40,811 nt of DNA from an uncultured Candidatus Saccharibacteria bacterium (GCA_964562505.1 CAZLTB010000004.1:1-40811), one strand, 5' to 3'; numbered from the stretch's first letter, positions 1 to 9,248 are shown. The notes: a model not told the origin generated them from the letters alone. Program-made: numbers and translations.

Positions 1-151
1 TTCTCATCGCGCCGGGCTTGGAATGAATCCAAGTCTCGGGCTGCTCTTTTCCCTTGTAAGAGAATGTGGCGACTCGGGCATTATATCTGAGGCGGGTATC
101 TGGAGCAAGACTCTGGTATTATTCTTAAGTAGAAATTGAGGAGCACAAATC

Positions 152-886
152 ATGACCAATAAACAGACTAAATGGGATTTCATCGGATTAAAGGCGATCT
201 TTTTCAATGGAACGCTGACAAAGTCACCTGCTCCAAGCCACACTGAATTACTCATTGATATTAGCCGGTCGATTATGGAGAAACATGGCGTAGAGGTGGA
301 AGTCATCCGAACAATTGACCATGATATTGCTACAGGCGTATATCCTGATATGCGTGAGTATGGCCACAAAAAAGATGAATGGCCAAAGATCTACAAACGA
401 GTTGAAGCAGCCAATATATTGGTTTTAGCTGGGCCAATCTGGCTTGGCGACAATAGCTCGATGACAAAGAAAATTATCGAGCGGCTTTACGCTTGCTCTA
501 GCCTACTCAACAAAGCCGGCCAATATGCCTACTACGGCAAAGTTGGCGGCTCGCTTATCACCGGCAACGAAGATGGTGTGAAACATTGCACTATGAATAC
601 GCTTTATAGCTTGCAACACCTAGGTTGTGTAATACCACCGCAGGCCGATGCCGGCTGGATTGGTGAAGTTGGCCCGGGTGCCAGCTATGGCGATAAACAA
701 GAAGATGGTACACGGACCGGCCTTGATAATGATTTCACTAATCGCAATACGACATTTATGACCTGGAACTTAATGCATATAGCCAAAATGCTCAAAGACA
801 ACGGGGGTATTCCAGCCTATGGCAACCAGCGCTCCAAATGGGACGCAGGTTCACGCTTTGACTTCGAAAATCCCGAATACAGATGA
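152..886 (+). CDS. Flavodoxin-like NAD(P)H-dependent FMN reductase family protein
   Basis: NGTL..SP.PSHTE N-terminal motif, AGPIWLG, LITGNEDG; GAGGAG SD upstream. Confidence 0.8.
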   Translation: MTNKQTKWDFIGLKAIFFNGTLTKSPAPSHTELLIDISRSIMEKHGVEVEVIRTIDHDIATGVYPDMREYGHKKDEWPKIYKRVEAANILVLAGPIWLGDNSSMTKKIIERLYACSSLLNKAGQYAYYGKVGGSLITGNEDGVKHCTMNTLYSLQHLGCVIPPQADAGWIGEVGPGASYGDKQEDGTRTGLDNDFTNRNTTFMTWNLMHIAKMLKDNGGIPAYGNQRSKWDAGSRFDFENPEYR

Positions 887-887
887 A

Positions 888-1271
888 TTATTTTTCAGGG
901 AAAAGTCTGGCAATATTTTCAGCCAGTAGATATGGTGTGTTCTCGACTTTGATCCAGTAATCGTCAACTTTTAGATCCTGAGCTTGCTTCACGGTCTGAG
1001 GGTTGTCGAAATCAGACAGTACGATGACTTTAGCTTGTTTTTTGTCGGGCTGATCTAGCTTTCGGTACTTTTCCAAAAACTCAATACCGCTCATCTGTGG
1101 CAGTAATAAGTCTAGAAGGATTAAGTCGTATTCCTTCTCTTGGACCTTGGCAAGCGCTTCCTTGCCATCGGAGGCCACATCTACCGGATAGTTATATTTT
1201 TTCAGCACATCAATATACATCTGCTGAACAACTGGGTAATCTTCTACGTATAATATTCGCGGTTTTGCCAT
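888..1271 (-). CDS. Single-domain response regulator (receiver only)
   Basis: VED acidic pair, LLDLLLPQMSG phospho-Asp motif, conserved Lys; no output domain. Confidence 0.9.
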   Translation of the reverse strand: MAKPRILYVEDYPVVQQMYIDVLKKYNYPVDVASDGKEALAKVQEKEYDLILLDLLLPQMSGIEFLEKYRKLDQPDKKQAKVIVLSDFDNPQTVKQAQDLKVDDYWIKVENTPYLLAENIARLFPEK

Positions 1272-1282
1272 ATATTCTCCTA

Positions 1283-2554
1283 TTATAAACTAATTGTTAT
1301 CTTTGTGCCCTTATCGGGGGCAGACTCTACTTCTAAACTACCATTATGACGCTCAACAATAACTTTACTGACATATAGACCAAGTCCCATCGAATAAAGT
1401 TGGGCTGCTTGATCCTCGGTACCTTCATCGAAACGAGTGAATCGCTGAAAAAGCTGCTTCTGTTGCTTGTCACTCATGCCCTGGCCTTGGTCGGACACAA
1501 TTATGGCAATCGTCGCATCGCTATGCTTGATATTTACTTTAACTGGAGTGCCAGACTCACTAAAGCGGAAAGCATTGTCGATGATGTTTTCTAGGGCGAT
1601 TGTTAGTTGGGCGGGCTGTCCAGCTATCATTAGAGATTCAACGGGGTAGTTGACGCTCAGATCTTTGGGGCGTTTGGCCCGTGTGGCGCAACTAACTGCT
1701 GTTTTATCAACCAGATTAATTATGTTAATCGGTTCATCGGCGTGAACTACTGCGGCATCTGCGTCTTGAACGGCCTCAATTAAATTAGCAATCATGGTAT
1801 TCATGCGATGGCCCTCGGCTTTTATTTGGCTTACATAACCCTGATCTTTCGGAGACAGTTTACTGTAAGACTCCCCTCTCTCAAGCATTTCGACTAGTGC
1901 GGCTATGACTCCGGTGGGATGGTATAGCTGGTGCCTTAGCATTGCCATTAATTCTGTATACGATTTTTGTCGCTCATCCATGGCGTTGACAGTACTATAG
2001 AGTGATATTATCGCTGCCAAGACAACAAAAACGCTCCCATAAAAGACTATTGGCACCATTGCATCATGTAGTGCATAACTTCCAGGATGCAAATTCATAT
2101 AAATGAGTAAAGTCGCCCCGTATGCTAGGGCACTCATTACCGCTGCTACGTAAGCAAAGCCTTTTAGGAATAACATGCCTGCGGCAAGTATTGGTATTGC
2201 ATATAACAGTGTGGCTCGGCTCATGAGGCCTTTCTGTGAATAAACAACGAAGGAGGCTAAGCTTAAGTCAAGCATAACTTGAAGAGCGGCTGTTGCGCGG
2301 TAGTAATTGGTGCTACCCTGCCGTCTGGTTGTGGCCAACCACAGTAGAGCGTTAAGAGCCAACCCAGTGAGAGCTACTATTGCGTATTGACGGGCAGGTG
2401 TTTTATCGGAGGATATAAGTAAGGTCGAGGCTATGGCGATGGCTGGTAGCAAAGATATGTAGTACCACCTGACACGAACCATCCATTTGTTGCGTATGCG
2501 AAGCTCAGAACGGTATTGTTGCTCAGAGTCTAGTAGGAATTTGCTAATCGCCAT
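1283..2554 (-). CDS. Membrane sensor histidine kinase with PilS-like multi-TM N-terminus
   Basis: About 5-6 hydrophobic segments, H-box RHQLYHP, N-box ENIIDNAFRF, G1 DQGQG, G2 GLGL. Confidence 0.88.
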   Translation of the reverse strand: MAISKFLLDSEQQYRSELRIRNKWMVRVRWYYISLLPAIAIASTLLISSDKTPARQYAIVALTGLALNALLWLATTRRQGSTNYYRATAALQVMLDLSLASFVVYSQKGLMSRATLLYAIPILAAGMLFLKGFAYVAAVMSALAYGATLLIYMNLHPGSYALHDAMVPIVFYGSVFVVLAAIISLYSTVNAMDERQKSYTELMAMLRHQLYHPTGVIAALVEMLERGESYSKLSPKDQGYVSQIKAEGHRMNTMIANLIEAVQDADAAVVHADEPINIINLVDKTAVSCATRAKRPKDLSVNYPVESLMIAGQPAQLTIALENIIDNAFRFSESGTPVKVNIKHSDATIAIIVSDQGQGMSDKQQKQLFQRFTRFDEGTEDQAAQLYSMGLGLYVSKVIVERHNGSLEVESAPDKGTKITISL

Positions 2555-2601
2555 AATTTGATATCAAAATGCTAATGATTAGTAGTATAGACTACCGATT
2601 T

Positions 2602-3060
2602 CTATTGGTGAATTTTTGACGCTACTTGCCTCATGGCTTCGCGTTGTTTTTGGGTTTGACGTTTATCATAGCGTTTTTTACCGCGGCCTACTGCAATTCG
2701 GACTTTTATGTAACGTCCAGAAGTTAGAATCTCAAGCGGAATAATTGCCTTACCTTGTTGCTTTGCCTGTATCAAAGCAACAATTTCGCGGTGTTTTGCT
2801 AAAAGCTTACGTGAACGTGTCTGTTCGGACTCCTCTATCTTGATTGAAGAATCGCTGGTTATGGTAGCGTTGATGAGCCAAAGCTCGTTATCCTTAATCG
2901 TTACGTATGCTCCACGGATATGGCCATGCCCTCTTCTTAAGGCCTTAGTTTCTGCGCCACTAAGAGCAATGCCCACAACAATCTGATCACCTAGCTCGTA
3001 GTCATAACGTGCGCGACGATTAGAGATTTTCTTGGTAGTGCCTTGCTTCTTCTTGGCCAT
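2602..3060 (-). CDS. smpB: SsrA-binding protein SmpB
   Basis: NRRARYDY, GIALSGAETKALR, RKLL, GKKRYDKR motifs. Confidence 0.97.
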   Translation of the reverse strand: MAKKKQGTTKKISNRRARYDYELGDQIVVGIALSGAETKALRRGHGHIRGAYVTIKDNELWLINATITSDSSIKIEESEQTRSRKLLAKHREIVALIQAKQQGKAIIPLEILTSGRYIKVRIAVGRGKKRYDKRQTQKQREAMRQVASKIHQ

Positions 3061-3090
3061 AACGCTTCTATTGTAAAGGATAAGCTTAAC

Positions 3091-3119
3091 TGGACAAAAT
3101 TAATATTAAATGCTATAAT
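3091..3119 (+). promoter_or_regulatory. sigma70-type promoter TGGACA-17-TATAAT with extended TGn
   Basis: TGGACA 3091-3096, TATAAT 3114-3119, ATG 9 nt downstream. Confidence 0.65.
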
Positions 3120-3128
3120 TTGGAAATT

Positions 3129-4118
3129 ATGTCTAGCATTGCCTATGGAGTCGAGGCCAACCTGCGTTTAGACACGGCCGGTTTCGAATATTTAAGCTTC
3201 GCTGACCTTTATATACCACCTATAAAAAAAGCAGAAGCTTTCGATGGTTCCGTGGTACCTTACATGCAATTTGGTGACCGGGCAGAAGCAAAAGCTTTTG
3301 TATTTATGCCTCTTGCTTATAGCGGCAGCTTATCTAACCCGTCAGAACAAGTCCACATGTTTGCCTATCAAAAAGTACTTGGTAAAGATTATTGTCTAGT
3401 CGGCGTTCAGCCTTATGACCCTAAGGATAACCAGTACCAAAAAGAGGATCTGAAAAAGATTGCTAAGGGTGATTGGCAGCCAATGGCAGACCGTGTTTTG
3501 ACAGTTATTAAAGAAGTTAACCCCGGGGATGACCAGGAATTAATATTATATGGCTATTCGTTGGGAGCAGACGTCAGTGTGGAAACTGCTTTTCAGATGT
3601 TAACTAACGAACAACGAGGCATACGAAAAGTAGATAAATTGGGGGCAGTTGAATACGCTAGAGGAAAAGACCGTGGCTTTTTGGGCGGACTAGCTATAAT
3701 GCGTGCATTTTCTAAATCAGGCAAAAATTTATTTCAAAACGTGGTGGATAGTGATTCGCCGGCTCTGCTAGAAGCAAGAGGTATTGACCTAAGTGATCCA
3801 AAAGCTCAAAAGAAACACAAGAAAGCGGTCGCAAGGAGTGTAACTGCCTATGCCCTTTCTGATATAGGAGCAACTTTGGCCGGCTTTAGCGGCGCTGCTA
3901 CCAACAGAAGTCTTCGCCAGCTCAATATTATTGGAAAAAATCGACAGGACGCGCCACGTATTACGGTGGGGCATATGGACGATTCACTGATTTGCCCAGA
4001 TGAGTCTACTCTTTACCTAGAAAGAAGTATAAGGACTTTTCGTGAGTCTGGAGATCACTCCACAGGAGATAATATTCGTCGCAGTGCCAGCTTTGTCTTG
4101 CAGGTCACGGCCGATTAA
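3129..4118 (+). CDS. Hypothetical protein, probable alpha/beta hydrolase fold
   Basis: GYSLG nucleophile-elbow motif, late Asp and GDH His candidate; start moved from TTG 3120 to ATG 3129 because 3120 lies directly against the -10 box. Confidence 0.55.
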   Translation: MSSIAYGVEANLRLDTAGFEYLSFADLYIPPIKKAEAFDGSVVPYMQFGDRAEAKAFVFMPLAYSGSLSNPSEQVHMFAYQKVLGKDYCLVGVQPYDPKDNQYQKEDLKKIAKGDWQPMADRVLTVIKEVNPGDDQELILYGYSLGADVSVETAFQMLTNEQRGIRKVDKLGAVEYARGKDRGFLGGLAIMRAFSKSGKNLFQNVVDSDSPALLEARGIDLSDPKAQKKHKKAVARSVTAYALSDIGATLAGFSGAATNRSLRQLNIIGKNRQDAPRITVGHMDDSLICPDESTLYLERSIRTFRESGDHSTGDNIRRSASFVLQVTAD

Positions 4119-5232
4119 AACGGGCATATTCTTCTCTTGCTACATCCCATAGCTGTGGTTGACCACGGTTAACTTTCATAGCGTACCACCACTCCACTCC
4201 CCATAGATCAATTTTTCGCATCCCAGTTGCCTCCCCATACCGGAAACGAGCGCGGAGGCGCTCTGGGTTAAGCGATTTGTATAACTCGCTAGTCGGCGCA
4301 GTTTCTATGTCATAGCCATCCGGAGCCCAAGCTTCGGCCTGCAATTCATGAATAAAAGAATTATGACCCCTGGTAAGCTCAGTCCAACCTGCTCGAAATG
4401 CGTAGTACCAAGCCGGAATTGGATATTCGAAATAACGCTTGGTTACGGTTTTGTCCCAAACTCTTTTATATACTGATATGGCCCACTCATCTGGCGTTGG
4501 CTTTCCAATAGGCGAGCCAATAGCGTTATTACTCATACTGACAACTAACGTGTGTTTAGGATCTATACTTTTGACCAGATTATATTCTGCTACAAGCCTA
4601 TCGCGGCTAAAGTCTGGGCAATTACCGAAAACCTTCAGGAAATATTCATTTTCTAGCTGGTAGGAGTCCAGTGCCGGATTGTCTTTGTAGCGTTCCACGA
4701 CTGCTTGAATATAGTTTTGGAGCTTAGCTTCCCATGCACTTTTGGCCATATTCTCCGCCCAGTCTGGCATATGACACTCAGGCCAACGCGGTTGCCTTAG
4801 CCCAATAGACAGATCCACTTTTGCACCAACGGCATTGGCCTTTGCAAATTGCCAATCTAGAAACGAGAAATCATATTCTCCTTCATTTTTTTCTCCATTT
4901 TCCCAATAGCTTACAAAACGAAAATGTCTAATACCTAGCTCGTCGATCATTGCGTCTAGGGTTGTCTCAGGATCAAGTCCAAGAACATGGGCGTAGTCAG
5001 GTATAAATGTTGCGCCTAGTTGCATTGGTTCATTAGCGTGTTTGTGTATATACCACTGGGCAATACCCCACATGCTGCCGACACAAATAATAATAACCGC
5101 TAGAAATATCGCTAATACTTTATGAGCGATGCTTTTACTCCACCACCGTCTGGGCCACTTCCTTATAGCGCGGAAGAGTTGTTTGGGCGATGGGCCCTCG
5201 GAGTCTGCGTGGGTTTGGCGTTTGCTTGTCAT
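4105..5232 (-). CDS. Membrane-anchored clan-A glycoside hydrolase (GH5/GH42-like)
   Basis: N-terminal TM; YW...E...GEYDFSFLD; YQLENE acid/base motif; IHELQAE nucleophile; PRWPECH. Confidence 0.7.
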   Translation of the reverse strand: MTSKRQTHADSEGPSPKQLFRAIRKWPRRWWSKSIAHKVLAIFLAVIIICVGSMWGIAQWYIHKHANEPMQLGATFIPDYAHVLGLDPETTLDAMIDELGIRHFRFVSYWENGEKNEGEYDFSFLDWQFAKANAVGAKVDLSIGLRQPRWPECHMPDWAENMAKSAWEAKLQNYIQAVVERYKDNPALDSYQLENEYFLKVFGNCPDFSRDRLVAEYNLVKSIDPKHTLVVSMSNNAIGSPIGKPTPDEWAISVYKRVWDKTVTKRYFEYPIPAWYYAFRAGWTELTRGHNSFIHELQAEAWAPDGYDIETAPTSELYKSLNPERLRARFRYGEATGMRKIDLWGVEWWYAMKVNRGQPQLWDVAREEYARFNRP

Positions 5233-5249
5233 TTGATAGGCTTTACATA

Positions 5250-6053
5250 GTGACTAAGGGATTAAGCTTAAGCATAGTTATACCAGTTTATAATGAGGAA
5301 AACCACCTCACCGCATGTCTAGATGCGGTTGCGAAACAAATCGTAATGCCCAACGAAGTAATAGTAGTTGACAATAACTCAACCGACCGCAGCATTAGCA
5401 TAGCCAAGAGCTATTCTTTTGTAAAAATTTTACATGAAAAAAAGCAACATCAGACCTATGCACAAAGGCTTGGATTTGACATGGCAAAGGGAGATATAAT
5501 TGGGCGAATCGATGCCGATACCGTTTTACCCAGAAACTGGACCAAAAAAGTCATACGGGTTTTTGAGCAGTCGCGAGACACCTTAGCAATCACAGGGGAT
5601 GCCGATCCTTACGATGTGCCATTAAAATTTATTGGTAGTTTTGCATTTCGTCTGTACCATCAGCTGATAAGCAAGCTTTTTTCTGGGCATACAATGCTTT
5701 GGGGTGGGAACATGGCTATCAGAAAAAGCGCCTGGCAAAGCGTCCGAGACCGATTAGCGTATCGTCCAGATATATGGGAAGATTACGAGTTATCATTTGC
5801 CTTAGCGCGCCTAGGAAAGATCAGCCATGTAGCCGGGCTAAAAGTGAGCTGTTCGTTTCGTGCTGCTCACCACCCCTTAGCTTTCCAAGCCAGATACCAA
5901 TTCCGTGCTGTACGGACTTTTAGTCTGCACGTGAGCAAGCTGAGAACCGTACTATTCTCCATTGCGTGGTATACCATGATCTGGGTAGCTCCCTTTGCCG
6001 TTGTCGACCGTTACTTATGGAGATTTAAAGAGAGTCGTAACAATCGTCAGTAG
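5250..6053 (+). CDS. Glycosyltransferase family 2
   Basis: SIVIPVYNEE, VVDNNSTD, RIDAD, WED; GTG 5250 preferred over 5190, which overlaps the divergent gene. Confidence 0.9.
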   Translation: MTKGLSLSIVIPVYNEENHLTACLDAVAKQIVMPNEVIVVDNNSTDRSISIAKSYSFVKILHEKKQHQTYAQRLGFDMAKGDIIGRIDADTVLPRNWTKKVIRVFEQSRDTLAITGDADPYDVPLKFIGSFAFRLYHQLISKLFSGHTMLWGGNMAIRKSAWQSVRDRLAYRPDIWEDYELSFALARLGKISHVAGLKVSCSFRAAHHPLAFQARYQFRAVRTFSLHVSKLRTVLFSIAWYTMIWVAPFAVVDRYLWRFKESRNNRQ

Positions 6054-6054
6054 A

Positions 6055-6630
6055 TTACTCAGCGTTATTTGAGGTGAATCCGCCATATTGGTTAGGTGCC
6101 GGCTGGCAACTGCTCCATAGTCCCCTGTTTTGTTCACGTGCATCTTTTTGGTAAGCCAGAAATTCATCCGACTTGGTAAATGGAAAACTGGTATAAGCAA
6201 AGCCGTAGCCTTGTTTGATAATCTCGGCTTCTACTAATCGGCCATCTGGCAGATAGACATATCGTAGTAGACGGTTATAACGATCACGATTAGTGCTTAG
6301 GGGATCAGCTTCTAGTCTGACTGGATTGTCACCAATGAGTTGTTTGGTGAAGGCAGCTGCCGCTATGCCGAAACACTGCACGGCTTTTCTAGGATCGTGG
6401 GTCTCGGGTGTATCGACGCCAATAAAACGAACCGTCTCCGTATGACCATTCATATCGACTCCGATCGTATCGCCGTCGTCGAACTTTACTACCCGATATG
6501 TGCCAGCTGGTGCTGATTGAGTTATACGCGCAGTGGTCATTGGATGTTGGTTCAAATACCAACCTATACCGACTAACAAGAGCCCACTGGCTAAACTAAC
6601 AATTTGTTTCTTTGCTCGTCGCTTTGACAT
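6055..6630 (-). CDS. Thermonuclease (SNase-like) with N-terminal membrane anchor
   Basis: DGDT, VRFIGVDTPE, DRYNRLLRYV, RGLW. Confidence 0.93.
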   Translation of the reverse strand: MSKRRAKKQIVSLASGLLLVGIGWYLNQHPMTTARITQSAPAGTYRVVKFDDGDTIGVDMNGHTETVRFIGVDTPETHDPRKAVQCFGIAAAAFTKQLIGDNPVRLEADPLSTNRDRYNRLLRYVYLPDGRLVEAEIIKQGYGFAYTSFPFTKSDEFLAYQKDAREQNRGLWSSCQPAPNQYGGFTSNNAE

Positions 6631-6634
6631 TAGC

Positions 6635-7153
6635 CTATTCTAACGTAAGTTTTTCGCGGATATATACCGGGGTTACTTTTGTTCCGTCAATCTCAACGTA
6701 TGGTTCGTCTTTGTGGGGTGGTTCTAAATCATTGCTGATTCTCTCAAACTGCTCCGTAGACATTGCATGCACGTAAGTATTGGCCGTTGCATGCTCAGGA
6801 TGGGTAGCTCGTTCTTGGGCAATAGGCTTAGGTGTCTGAACCCATATAAGACGCACAATGGCATTATGCTCTTGGGCGATTTTACGTAAATGCTCTCTGT
6901 CTTTGTAAAAGTTGAAAGCAGTGTCAAATATAACACTTTGCTCTGTAGCTAATAATTCGGCTGTTAGTTTGTTTAGATAAGCGTAGAGCTCTAAGTTTTC
7001 TTCGTGAGAATGATTGGGATCAGAAAATCTTTCGTTGCGAATTTGATCGGCCCACAAATGTACAGCTCCGGTCAGCTCGTGGATAATTTTAGCTGTCGTT
7101 GTTTTGCCCGACCCAGGATACCCCAACATTAGATATAGAGTGGGTTTATGCAT
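6635..7153 (-). CDS. P-loop kinase (AAA_33-like)
   Basis: GYPGSGKTT Walker A, VIFD. Confidence 0.8.
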   Translation of the reverse strand: MHKPTLYLMLGYPGSGKTTTAKIIHELTGAVHLWADQIRNERFSDPNHSHEENLELYAYLNKLTAELLATEQSVIFDTAFNFYKDREHLRKIAQEHNAIVRLIWVQTPKPIAQERATHPEHATANTYVHAMSTEQFERISNDLEPPHKDEPYVEIDGTKVTPVYIREKLTLE

Positions 7154-7219
7154 GCTTTTAGTCTAAGGCTAGCAAATCAAAAAGTACATTCTACTGCTCT
7201 GACTAGCCTTATATCTTAC

Positions 7220-7789
7220 CTAAAAATCTATACCCTTATTGGCCAAGAACTTATCGTCAAAATGATGCTTAATTTTGGTCATATTGGTTGCAATGTCGGC
7301 ATGAACCAGTAATTTATCGGGAAAGTTGCGTCCGGTCAGGCAAAGGCTAGTCTTTGGGCTGCGTTTTTTGATCAGCTCTTCTAGTTGTTTTTCACTTAGT
7401 AACTCATCGTGGACAGCATTATTGATCTCATCACAAATAACCAAGTCATATTTTCCACCAGTAGCACATTCCATAGCTACTTTGTATGTATCTATGGCCG
7501 CTTTTTTGTGCTGAGTCTCGGTTATGTGCTTTTCGCTCAGATCACCGGCTTTATAAAATCCTTTGCCACCTTTATGGAAAAATAATTGATCTTTATATAA
7601 CGGCATAATGTCTCTGATAAATACGTGCTCACCAACACCCCAATACTTAATAAACTGAATAAATGCTACATTCCAACGATTGCCAAGCGCCCTGGCCATT
7701 AAGCCTACAGCAGCACTTGTTTTGCCCTTGCCTTCGCCGGTATAGACAATAACTACAGAATCCTTAGTTTTATAATCCTCAAAAGTCAC
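7220..7789 (-). CDS. cobO: Cob(I)alamin adenosyltransferase, CobO/BtuR family
   Basis: YTGEGKGKTSAA, IQFIK, CDEI, LTGR, IKHHFD..GIDF. Confidence 0.88.
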   Translation of the reverse strand: MTFEDYKTKDSVVIVYTGEGKGKTSAAVGLMARALGNRWNVAFIQFIKYWGVGEHVFIRDIMPLYKDQLFFHKGGKGFYKAGDLSEKHITETQHKKAAIDTYKVAMECATGGKYDLVICDEINNAVHDELLSEKQLEELIKKRSPKTSLCLTGRNFPDKLLVHADIATNMTKIKHHFDDKFLANKGIDF

Positions 7790-7815
7790 AATGTGTATTG
7801 TACCTTGGATGAGTT

Positions 7816-8238
7816 CTAAGCAGCGTCTCGCGCACGCTTCATGAAGATCACAAACTTACGATGGCGAAACCGATCTCGTTCTACAGGATCTTTAGTTGCT
7901 TGAAAGTTATCATATGCCTTACGGAAGAAAGGATCATTGTCAATTTCTGCTTCAGTTGCCGGGTCAAATGAGAGATCAAAGTCTATCTGGTTTTCGAACA
8001 TAATGTGCCATGCTTTTAGTATGCGCATTCCATGCTCAGGATTCGCATCCATAAATTTGATAATATTACCAACAGACGAGGCATTCTCTCTGTAAGTACT
8101 AAGGCTTTCTTCGGCCAGATCTGGTGCATCTTGCATAAATCTCTGGAGGCTTTCCATTACAAGACGGTCTTCTTGAGCTACAGAGTCGTCAAGGTAAAAC
8201 TCGGGTACTGACGCAGGTAGGTTTGGGTTTGTAGCCAT
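7816..8238 (-). CDS. Hypothetical protein
   Basis: 140-aa ORF with strong AGGAGG SD; fills the gap without overlap. Confidence 0.65.
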   Translation of the reverse strand: MATNPNLPASVPEFYLDDSVAQEDRLVMESLQRFMQDAPDLAEESLSTYRENASSVGNIIKFMDANPEHGMRILKAWHIMFENQIDFDLSFDPATEAEIDNDPFFRKAYDNFQATKDPVERDRFRHRKFVIFMKRARDAA

Positions 8239-8300
8239 ATCTACCTCCTATTTACACTTTGAATGTAACAGATATAGCGTAGGATTGTAAAGAGCATACG

Positions 8301-8540
8301 CTAAATAAGCTTTTTGTCGCGCAGTGCGGCATCAAGGCGTGGACGGTCAAAGCCCAGGATCACCGTGCCATCAACATCAATTACCGGCACGCCCATGGAA
8401 CCTGACTTCTCAACGGCTTCTCTAGCTGCCTCGCGATCTTTTTCAACATCCTTGTCCTCATATTTAACACCTAGTTTGTCCAGATATTGCTTGGCTGCAT
8501 GGCAGAAGGCACACCAAGTCGTAGAATAGATAATAACCAC
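8301..8540 (-). CDS. Glutaredoxin/NrdH-like protein
   Basis: YSTTWCAFC, GVPVI, GFD. Confidence 0.92.
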   Translation of the reverse strand: MVIIYSTTWCAFCHAAKQYLDKLGVKYEDKDVEKDREAAREAVEKSGSMGVPVIDVDGTVILGFDRPRLDAALRDKKLI

Positions 8541-8582
8541 GTTTTTATCTTAGCATGGCCGCTAATTTGCTACACTAGGGCC

Positions 8583-9191
8583 ATGTCTAGACAGCCAAAA
8601 CTACGCACACTTACAAACACACTGCCTTATGTTCTTGCTGTCGGTGGTCTAATCGGAATGTTATCAGCTGCCATACTTACCATTGAAAAATTTTCATTGC
8701 TTAAAAATCCTCATCAAGCTCTAAATTGCGATCTAAATCCGATAATTGCTTGTGGCTCAGTAATCAATACACATCAAGCAAGTGCGTTCGGCTTCCCGAA
8801 TCCTATCATTGGCTTGGTTGGTTTCAGTATCGTACTTACTGTTGGCATGGCCCTCCTAGCTGGTGCTAATTTCAAGCGATGGTTTTGGCTTGGCCTAGAG
8901 GCGGGAGCTTTCTTTGGAGCTATCTTTATAACTTGGCTACAATTTCAGACCATTTTTCGTATTGGCGCCCTGTGCCCCTACTGTATGGCCGTCTGGTCAG
9001 TTACCATCCCTATATTTTTATACACTACGCTCTATAATTTACGCGAGAGACACTTGGCCACGCCGACTCGACTAAAGCGTGCTGTGAATTTTCTAGATCG
9101 ACACCACGGAGATGTACTCATCAGCTGGTATCTCATAATCATTGCTGTTATTCTCCAGCACTTTTGGTATTACTGGTCTACATTGGTATGA
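8583..9191 (+). CDS. Vitamin K epoxide reductase (VKOR) family disulfide-formation protein
   Basis: CDLNPIIACGSV loop cysteines, FGFPN, CPYC active site; start ATG 8583. Confidence 0.92.
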   Translation: MSRQPKLRTLTNTLPYVLAVGGLIGMLSAAILTIEKFSLLKNPHQALNCDLNPIIACGSVINTHQASAFGFPNPIIGLVGFSIVLTVGMALLAGANFKRWFWLGLEAGAFFGAIFITWLQFQTIFRIGALCPYCMAVWSVTIPIFLYTTLYNLRERHLATPTRLKRAVNFLDRHHGDVLISWYLIIIAVILQHFWYYWSTLV

Positions 9192-9209
9192 AATATGTAT
9201 TCAACCCCC

Positions 9210-9238
9210 TTGAGCTAATCTGTTTAGACTGATATAGT
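9210..9238 (+). promoter_or_regulatory. Putative atp operon promoter TTGAGC-17-TATAGT
   Basis: Hexamers at 9210-9215 and 9233-9238 with TGn extension. Confidence 0.55.
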
Positions 9239-9248
9239 TAATCCAGGA

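Noticed and set aside
12-92. Hairpins at the window start (GGCTTGGA-ATGAA-TCCAAGTC and weaker stems), possible tmRNA given nearby smpB
   Set aside because: No tRNA-like ends or tag frame are visible, and the region is cut by the window edge, so it cannot be interpreted
6055-7153. Nuclease plus P-loop protein as an anti-phage pair
   Set aside because: The nuclease is a membrane-anchored SNase type and the P-loop protein is a small kinase type; both are ordinary and there is no defence context
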